NCBI GenBank assembly: GCA_902524245.1
Contig: CABZCN010000005.1
Coordinates: 1,101 to 65,100, forward strand
Direction: 5' to 3'
Source of the DNA: an uncultured Alphaproteobacteria bacterium
GTDB taxonomy: Bacteria > Pseudomonadota > Alphaproteobacteria > HIMB59
DNA length: 64,000 nucleotides
Part shown: positions 53,308 to 64,000 of the stretch, piece by piece
How the letters are laid out: each line of letters opens with the position of its first letter
Position numbering within the stretch: the first letter of the stretch is position 1
Translations under genes and position numbers: made by a program
Notes under the pieces: model-generated
What the model was told of the DNA's origin: nothing
What the model saw: only the letters and a program-made list of their open reading frames with translations
Databases searched by the model: none

Positions 53308-53949
53308 TTAACTAAATAATAAATTACTAAAATCTTTTAAAAATTTTTTTGATTGTGATGAGTTAATATTTCTATAGTTAAGTGATCTTTTAACAGCTTC
53401 AATACATAATATTTTATATTTTTTTACATATGACTTATGGAAACCATATAAATTTAACATCTCATTCAAGCTATATTTAGCTTTTAATTTTTTATTATTA
53501 AATCTATTAATTCCAATTTTATGTAATAAAAACTTTTCTCCAGGATCACATTTTCTATTTGGGGCTATATCTGAATGAAAAACTATATCTTCATTTTTAA
53601 TTTTAAAGTTTATTTTTAAAAAAAAAATTAATTTTTTTAATGAGTTATATTGTTTACTAGTAAAATTTGAATATCCAAAATTGTGACCTTTGTTTTCAAG
53701 TTCAATCCCTATTGAGTAATCATTAATATTGATAAAATTTTTCCATTTAGATTTTCCAGCATGCCAGGCTTTATATTTTGGGCATAATAAATTAAAAATA
53801 ATACCTTGTCGGGATATTAAATAATGAGCACTTACATTTGAATTCTTATTTGATAATTTTTGGAATGCTAATTTGAGATTTTTCATCCCTGTATAGTGTA
53901 TAACTATATATTTAACTATTTTATTTTTTTTTCTGGGGCTATAATTCAT
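53308..53949 (-). CDS. N-acetylmuramoyl-L-alanine amidase (Amidase_2, AmpD/AmiD-like)
   Basis: IVIHYTG, VSAHYLI, AWHAGKS, SIGIELEN, HSDIAP.RK.DPG. Confidence 0.93.
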   Translation of the reverse strand: MNYSPRKKNKIVKYIVIHYTGMKNLKLAFQKLSNKNSNVSAHYLISRQGIIFNLLCPKYKAWHAGKSKWKNFININDYSIGIELENKGHNFGYSNFTSKQYNSLKKLIFFLKINFKIKNEDIVFHSDIAPNRKCDPGEKFLLHKIGINRFNNKKLKAKYSLNEMLNLYGFHKSYVKKYKILCIEAVKRSLNYRNINSSQSKKFLKDFSNLLFS

Positions 53950-53951
53950 AT

Positions 53952-54824
53952 GTGAAAAACTCGATTCTTATCCTGCTTCTATGTTTTTTTATTATCTCTT
54001 GCTCATCTAATGATAAAGATGAAACTAATAATGATCAAAGTTTTTATAAAAATATTTATTTAGAGGATTATGAATTATTTGATAATGCATTTTTATACAT
54101 AAGATCTAATCAGCTAGAACTAGCATTGATTGAATTGGATAAAATTGAAGTTCTTTATCCAAGTAGTTCTTTCGCTAAGAAAAGTATACTTGTAAGAGCT
54201 TATATAAATTTTCTAAATAAAGATTATGAAAAAACAAGAGTTCTTGCAGAGACGTATAAGAAATACTATCCAGGGAGTAAAGATATTGTTTATGCTCACT
54301 ATTTAGATGCAATGACATATTATGTTTTAATGAAAAAATCTGAATATAGCCAAGAAAACACTGATACTGCTTTGAATAAATTTAATTTTATACTTAATGC
54401 CTATCCTAATAGTAAATATGAAATTGATATCCTTACGAAAATTAAGTTAATTAATAATAATTTAGCTGCTGAAAAACTAAATATAGCAAAGTTCTATTTA
54501 GATAAAGGAAATACTAATGGGTCTTTAGTTTATCTAACAGACATTTTTAATAATCATAGCTCAAGTCTATCTATTGAGGAGACATTATTTTTATTGACTA
54601 AAATATATTTCAGTTTGGATGAATATGAATTAGCTAAACATTATGCTTCAATCTTAGCTTTCAATTTTCCAGAGAGTAAGTGGTATCAAAAAACATATAA
54701 TCTAATAAATGGATTAGAGGAAATCACTAAAAAAGAAAATTGGTATGAAAAATTAAATCCAATTAAAATATTTAGAAAAGATGAAAAAAGTTCTAATAGT
54801 ATCTCTATTCAGTCTATAGAATAA
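53952..54824 (+). CDS. bamD: Outer membrane assembly lipoprotein BamD
   Basis: Lipobox IIS-C, TPR-like helices, YP.S.FA, LA..KLNIAKFY; precedes recN; GTG start. Confidence 0.88.
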   Translation: MKNSILILLLCFFIISCSSNDKDETNNDQSFYKNIYLEDYELFDNAFLYIRSNQLELALIELDKIEVLYPSSSFAKKSILVRAYINFLNKDYEKTRVLAETYKKYYPGSKDIVYAHYLDAMTYYVLMKKSEYSQENTDTALNKFNFILNAYPNSKYEIDILTKIKLINNNLAAEKLNIAKFYLDKGNTNGSLVYLTDIFNNHSSSLSIEETLFLLTKIYFSLDEYELAKHYASILAFNFPESKWYQKTYNLINGLEEITKKENWYEKLNPIKIFRKDEKSSNSISIQSIE

Positions 54825-54829
54825 TTAAT

Positions 54830-56479
54830 ATGTTAGTTTCTCTGGAAATTAAAAATTTTCTTCTAATAAAAAAAATATCTATTAATTTTATAAATGGTTT
54901 TAATGCATTTACTGGTGAAACTGGTGCAGGTAAATCAATTATAATAGAAGGACTCAAATTAGCACTTGGTGGAAAAAATCAAAAAAGTCTTAATTTGAAA
55001 GATAAAGAAATTGCATCAATTAAAGCAGTATTTGAAATTAATAATTTAATTAAAAAAAATCTAAATGATTTAAATATTAGTATTGACGATGATTATTTAA
55101 TTTTAGAGAGAGAAATTAATTCAAACCAAAAGTCAAAATTATTAATAAATGGTGAAACAAAACCACTCTCTAATGCAAAAGAAATTTTAAAAAATGTTAT
55201 TGAATTTCAAGAGAATTTTGAACAACAAGAACTATTTGATAATAAATATTTTCTTAGATTTATTGACAATATAGGTAGTATTGAAAAGGAAGATTTAAAT
55301 TCTAAATTTCAAAAGCTTAAAAATTCAAAGAATATATATCAAGACCATTTAAATAATGAAAAAAATATCAATGAAAAGTTAGAAATATTAAAAAACAAAA
55401 ATAAAAAAATAAGAACGTTGAATCCAACTAAAAATGATTATGAAGAACTTATTAGTAAGAGAAATTTAAATAAAAATATAAAAAAATATAGTGAAATTTC
55501 TAATGAAATAAAAAAACTACTATTAAATTTTAGTTCAAATAATAATTTGAATTTAATAGAAAGAAATTTAAACAAATTAGAAGATATAAACCAAGAATAT
55601 TCAGATATTTCAAAAAAATTTTCCTCAGTAATTTTAGATATGAATGAATTGATTAATGAATTAGAAAATAAATTTAATTCTGAGGATTATGATGAAATTA
55701 ATTTTGATGAAATAGATGAAAAGATTTTTCAATATCAACAACTGTCAAAATTTTTTGAAGTAGAACCCAAAGATTTATTTTCAATTAAAGATGAAATATT
55801 AAATCAAATTGATACTCTTGAAAACTTTGATAGAGATAAAAAAATACTTTTTAAAAAATATATAATTGATCTCAATAATTATAAAGAAGAGGCCTTTAAA
55901 ATTTCGAAATTAAGAAAAATAATGTCAAAAAAAATATCAGAAAAAATTAATAAGCAGCTTCCTATAGTAAATATCGAACAAGGTGAAATTATTTTTAATT
56001 TTTCAGAAAAAGATGAAAAAGATTATAATTCTCAGGGATATGATGAATTAGATGTCTTATTTAGAACTAATAAAAATTCTGAATTTAGCTCAATAAAAAA
56101 AGTAGCCTCTGGAGGAGAGTTGTCCCGTCTACTATTGATAATAAAGTCATTATCAGCCCAGAGTGAGAGTGATCTTACACTTATTTTTGATGAGGTAGAT
56201 AGTGGTTTAAGTGGAAAAATTGCCTCAAATGTTTCAGAAAAAATAAATAGTATATCAAAAACAAATCAAGTTATTGCTATAACACATTCCCCTCAAGTTG
56301 CTTCAAAAGCTAATAAACATTGGAAAATTGAGAAAATTATTAAAAATGACAAAATGACTAGTCAAATTATTGAGTTAAATGATCAGTCACGAATAAATGA
56401 AATAGCTAGTTTAATAAGTGGAAATAAAATTACTGAAACGGCTAAAAAAGTAGCTTCAGACTTACTCAAAACTAATTAA
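54830..56479 (+). CDS. recN: DNA repair protein RecN
   Basis: TGETGAGKS, coiled coil, ASGGELSR, IFDEVDSG, ITHSPQVA. Confidence 0.96.
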   Translation: MLVSLEIKNFLLIKKISINFINGFNAFTGETGAGKSIIIEGLKLALGGKNQKSLNLKDKEIASIKAVFEINNLIKKNLNDLNISIDDDYLILEREINSNQKSKLLINGETKPLSNAKEILKNVIEFQENFEQQELFDNKYFLRFIDNIGSIEKEDLNSKFQKLKNSKNIYQDHLNNEKNINEKLEILKNKNKKIRTLNPTKNDYEELISKRNLNKNIKKYSEISNEIKKLLLNFSSNNNLNLIERNLNKLEDINQEYSDISKKFSSVILDMNELINELENKFNSEDYDEINFDEIDEKIFQYQQLSKFFEVEPKDLFSIKDEILNQIDTLENFDRDKKILFKKYIIDLNNYKEEAFKISKLRKIMSKKISEKINKQLPIVNIEQGEIIFNFSEKDEKDYNSQGYDELDVLFRTNKNSEFSSIKKVASGGELSRLLLIIKSLSAQSESDLTLIFDEVDSGLSGKIASNVSEKINSISKTNQVIAITHSPQVASKANKHWKIEKIIKNDKMTSQIIELNDQSRINEIASLISGNKITETAKKVASDLLKTN

Positions 56480-60171
<3,692 letters not shown>

Positions 60172-60175
<4 letters not shown>

Positions 60176-62190
60176 TTGTTATTTTTTTTTAAAAATTCTA
60201 GCATTCTTTTTTTCCCAGGACTTAATTGTTCATTATCAGATGTAGTCTTTTTATTGAAGTTAGATGAATAATATTCTTCAATTGTGTTTGTTTTATTTTT
60301 ATCAATATTTGAAATTTCATTTAAAAATCTTGATGGTAATGAATAATTATTCATACCATATGTATATCTAGAAGTTGCGTAGCTTAGATTTAAATCGAAC
60401 CTCGCTCTAGTAATTCCAACATAAGCAAGTCGTCTCTCTTCCTCAAGTGATTTTAATGAGTTTTGCTCTAATGCTCGAGAGCTTGGAAATATGCCCTCTT
60501 CCCAACCTGGTAAGTAAACATGATCAAATTCTAATCCTTTGGCAGCATGAAGTGTCATTAGTTTTACAGAATTAGATTTTATTTTTTTTTGATTTTCATT
60601 AACCAAGCCTACATGTTCTAAAAAATTATCTAAATTTTCAAATTCAGAGAGAGCATTGACAAATTCTTTTAAATTATCAATCCTTGACTCATTCTCTACT
60701 TGTTTTAATTTATTTTTTTCACTTTCTAACATTTTTAAATACCCCGACTCTTCAATGATAAAAATACCTATATCCTCTAAAGATGTTTTATTTATGAGAT
60801 CAGATGTTTTTTTAATAATATCAATAAATGGTTTAGTTTTTGCCATAAGAGATCCAGGCAATTTGTTTTCAAAAGATAACGAATCTAAAGACTCAAAAAA
60901 TGATATTTTTTTCTCTCTTGCATTATCAATAATCAATTTTACTGATTGCTCACCTACTCCTCTTTTAGGTAAATTAATCACTCTTTCAAAAGATAGATCA
61001 TCTTGGAAACCGTTTGCAAGTTTTAGGTATGCAAGAATATCTTTGATTTCTTTTCTTTCAAAAAATCTAGGTCCTCCTATAATTTCATAAGGTAAAGCAT
61101 ATTTAATTAATTTGTCCTCAATACTTCTCATTTGAGCAGTAAGTCTAACTAAAATACCAATACTATTATTTTCCTGAAACTTATTTGATATGTTATCAGA
61201 TATCCATAATGACTCCTCCTCTTGAGAATAAAATGAAATTAAATTTATTTTTTGTTCGGGTATTTTTTTGTTAAAACTTACTAGGTCTTTACCTAACCTA
61301 TTCTTATTGTTACTAATTATAGACGCTGCCGCCTTTAAAATAGAACTATTTGATCGATAATTTTTTGTTAATCTTACAACAGGAGAATTAAATTCTTTAG
61401 GAAAATTTATAATATTTTCTATATTAGCACCACGCCAAGCATAAATAGATTGATCGTCATCTCCAACACAAAATAAGTTTTTATTATTATTTAAAATTAA
61501 TTTAATTAAATCATACTGAATCAAATTTGTATCCTGAAACTCATCGATAAGAATATGTTTTATGAAACTTTGATAAGATTTCTGTATTTCTGGGTTGTTT
61601 AATAATATTTGGTAACTATGTAAAAGTATATCACCAAAGTCTACTGCGTTTATTTCAATTAATCTTTGTTGATAATAAGAATATATATCGTCTAGTCTCT
61701 CTAAAGATGAGAATTTAGATATTTTTTTATTTTCATTAAAAAGGATTTTATTATCTTTTAAATTTTGAATCTCGTTGTGATAAATACTTTCACTTATGTC
61801 TTTATCAATCTTGCAGTAATCTAATACTTGTTTTATTAGTTTTTTTTGGTCCTCAATATCAAGTATTGTATAATTAGATTTTAAATTAACTGCACCTGAA
61901 TGCTTCCTCAAAAATTTTGCAAAAATTGAATGGAAAGTGCCTATCCATGGAGTCTCAATACTACTTTGTAGTTCTTTATTAACTCTATCCTTAATTTCGT
62001 TAGCAGCCTTATTTGTAAAAGTAACAGCTATTATTTCATTAAATTCAACATTAAGTTTTTTAACAATATAAACAAATCTAGACGTTAAAACTCTAGTTTT
62101 ACCTGTTCCTGCTCCAGAAAGTACTAAAAGGGGGCCTTTTTTGTGCTCAACTGCAATTTTTTGTTCTTTATTTAATGTATTTAGATCCAT
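60172..62190 (-). CDS. uvrD: UvrD/PcrA helicase
   Basis: SGAGTGKT, TFTNKAA, DEFQD, VGDDDQSIYAWRGA, NYRS, TLHAAKGLEF, EERRLAYVGITRA. Confidence 0.95.
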
Positions 62191-62209
62191 AAATTGAATG
62201 TAATATAAT
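62181..62209 (+). promoter_or_regulatory. Candidate promoter for mlaA-mlaC
   Basis: TTAGAT-N17-TATAAT ending 18 nt before the mlaA ATG. Confidence 0.4.
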
Positions 62210-62227
62210 GATTCAAGATTTTACGTA

Positions 62228-62968
62228 ATGAAAAAACATTTGAAAGTAATTCTTTTAATAATTTCTATAAGTTTTTTTCAAATAAGCTCAACGTTTTCCG
62301 ATGATGAAGTTTCAGTATCAAGTATTTCATATGATGAAATATATGATCCTATTGAACCAATAAATAGAGCTGTATTAAATTTTAATTTTTTTATAGATGA
62401 TATTGCTATTAGACCTATAGTAAAAACATATAAATTTATAGCTCCAGAACCAGTTGAAAAAGGCGTATCTAATTTTTTTAGTAATTTAAAAGAGCCAATT
62501 AGAACTATTTCATTTATATTTCAGGGAGAGTTTTATAAATCTTTCAATTCACTTGGACGATTTACAATTAACACATTTACTAGTCTAGGTACATTTGATC
62601 TAGCTTCAAGAGTAGGAATGGAAAAAAATGAAACTGACTTTGGAATAACTCTCGCTAAAGGAGGTGTGTCAAGTGGGCCTTACATAGTAATACCAATTAT
62701 CGGTCCAAGTAATTTAAGAGATTTCAGTGGTGATATAGTTGAATATTTTGTTGATCCAATATCAAATAATGTTCCAAATAGAGAATATATAGCAATTGGC
62801 AACGGTTTAAATGAAAGAGTAGAAATTGATGAACAGCTGGATAAGGTCAGAGATGCTTCCTCTGATAGATACGAGATGATAAAATCAATATATTATCAAA
62901 ATAGAAATGCTCAACTAGAGGAAGAATACATACAAAATCTACCTGTGCCAAAAATTTATATTGAATAG
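62228..62968 (+). CDS. mlaA: MlaA/VacJ family protein
   Basis: DPIEPINR, NFFSNL.EP, RFTINT, DFGITL, GPYIVIPIIGPSNLRD. Confidence 0.93.
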   Translation: MKKHLKVILLIISISFFQISSTFSDDEVSVSSISYDEIYDPIEPINRAVLNFNFFIDDIAIRPIVKTYKFIAPEPVEKGVSNFFSNLKEPIRTISFIFQGEFYKSFNSLGRFTINTFTSLGTFDLASRVGMEKNETDFGITLAKGGVSSGPYIVIPIIGPSNLRDFSGDIVEYFVDPISNNVPNREYIAIGNGLNERVEIDEQLDKVRDASSDRYEMIKSIYYQNRNAQLEEEYIQNLPVPKIYIE

Positions 62969-62995
62969 TTGGCCAAACCATATTTACTTAACACA

Positions 62996-63562
62996 ATGAA
63001 AAACTTATTAATTATAATTATTGTTTTATTTTCTTTTTCAACTGTTAAAGCCTCAGAAGTTTCGGAGTGGTTTGAAAAAGAGTCAAACCAATTTTTAGAA
63101 ATAATTAATAATAACGAGGGAACTGAGAGTGATAGTTATGAGAAGTATAAATACTTTATCAGTAAAAATTTTGCAGTAAAGTCAATTGCATATGGCCTTA
63201 TTGGAGAAAAAATAATTAATAACAGCTCAGAAAAAGAACTTTCAATATATTTAGATGTTTTTTCAGACTATCTTATAAAAACTATCTATAAACTAGCTAA
63301 CTCGAGTACCTCTGGTTCAATTGTTCTGAAAGATGTTGATGTAAAAGACAATATTTATATTATTAAATCTATAATTTCAGATAAAAAATCTTCAGCAAAT
63401 ATATATTGGAAAGTAATAGATACAGGCACATCTTTTAAAATTATTGATGTAATAGTTGAGAATACATCTTATTTTGTAACCAAAAAATCTGAATTCAATA
63501 AAATATTGAGAAAAAATAAAGGAAGTTTAGAGGCTTTAATAATCGAAATACAAAAGATATAA
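62996..63562 (+). CDS. mlaC: MlaC/Ttg2D phospholipid-binding periplasmic protein
   Basis: Signal peptide from ATG 62996; C-terminal FKIIDVIVENTS....KSEF; follows mlaA. Confidence 0.8.
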   Translation: MKNLLIIIIVLFSFSTVKASEVSEWFEKESNQFLEIINNNEGTESDSYEKYKYFISKNFAVKSIAYGLIGEKIINNSSEKELSIYLDVFSDYLIKTIYKLANSSTSGSIVLKDVDVKDNIYIIKSIISDKKSSANIYWKVIDTGTSFKIIDVIVENTSYFVTKKSEFNKILRKNKGSLEALIIEIQKI

Positions 63563-63579
63563 GATTTATTTTTTTAATA

Positions 63580-63656
63580 TGGTGGGCCCGGCAGGACTCG
63601 AACCTGCGACAACGGCGTTATGAGCACCGCGTTCTAACCAACTGAACTACAGGCCC
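63580..63656 (-). tRNA. tRNA-Ile2 (CAT, lysidine-modified)
   Basis: GGGCCTGTAGTTCAGTTGGTTAGAACGCGGTGCT-CAT-AACGCCG...GGTTCGAGTCCTGCCGGGCCCACCA. G1-C72 pair (so not initiator), GGGCC acceptor start and position after rpoD favour Ile2 over elongator Met. Confidence 0.85.
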
Positions 63657-63674
63657 CTGATTAGAATTGTTACT

Positions 63675-63703
63675 ATTATAATCTTATGAAAAAAAAACAA
63701 GAA
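63675..63703 (-). promoter_or_regulatory. Candidate promoter for tRNA-Ile2
   Basis: Perfect TATAAT on the minus strand (63680-63675), 18 nt upstream of the tRNA; weak -35 TTCTTG at 17-nt spacing. Confidence 0.45.
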
Positions 63704-63721
63704 TTTTAATTATTGAGTCTT

Positions 63722-64000
63722 TTAAGAGTCCATAAAAGACTTGAGTTTTTTGGATCTAATTGGATGTTTAAGTTTCCTTAAAGCTTTAGCCTCAATTTGT
63801 CTTATTCTTTCTCTGGTTACACTAAACTGTTGTCCTACTTCTTCTAAAGTATGGTCTGATGACATGCCAATTCCAAATCTCATTCTCAAAACTCTCTCCT
63901 CTCTGGGTGTTAATGTTGAGAGAATTTTTGTAGTAGTCTCTCTGAGATTTAGCTGCATAACTGCATCTTCAGGTATGACTGCGTTCTTATCTTCAATAAA
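63722..64000 (-). CDS. rpoD: Primary sigma factor, C-terminal region 4 (partial; runs off window end)
   Basis: [14 protein letters not shown]...[48 protein letters not shown]. Confidence 0.96.
   Translation of the reverse strand, partial: FIEDKNAVIPEDAVMQLNLRETTTKILSTLTPREERVLRMRFGIGMSSDHTLEEVGQQFSVTRERIRQIEAKALRKLKHPIRSKKLKSFMDS

Noticed and set aside
62194-62216. TTGAAT-N11-ATTCAA palindrome between uvrD and mlaA as an SOS box
   Set aside because: Does not match the alphaproteobacterial LexA motif (GTTC-N7-GTTC); only 6 bp in AT-rich DNA.

Overview
A 64 kb, strongly AT-rich, densely packed chromosomal segment. Gene order and protein sequences point to a streamlined marine alphaproteobacterium (SAR11/Pelagibacterales- or HIMB59-like; inferred, not proven). 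1-15.8 kb is one minus-strand run of core genes: tRNA-Tyr, tRNA-Gly, tuf, tRNA-Trp, secE, nusG, rplKAJL, rpoBC, rpsLG, fusA and partial rpsJ. rlmB and tRNA-Thr follow. An accessory block at about 16.8-25.1 kb carries a three-gene cassette resembling the Campylobacter jejuni phosphoramidate genes Cj1418/Cj1417/Cj1416. Divergent from it are an LtaS/EptA-like membrane enzyme, a small DPGS-motif membrane protein and a TagF-like CDP-alcohol phosphotransferase. Next come an NAD-linked formate dehydrogenase with a LysR regulator and Mo/W-cofactor genes (tusA, moeA, mobB, fdhD, mobA), housekeeping genes (pyrE, pdxH, fabI, aroC, dxs, xseB), the first half of the dcw cluster, RNase P RNA, an amidase, bamD-recN-ligA, aminopeptidase P, uvrD, mlaA/mlaC, tRNA-Ile2 and the 3' end of rpoD. 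I saw no integrase, transposase or CRISPR array. The best candidate for an undescribed system is a variant phosphoramidate (P-N) surface-modification pathway that lacks the Cj1415 kinase and methyltransferases in this window and sits beside two candidate phosphotransferases. All family assignments come from motif recognition and recall; no database search was run.
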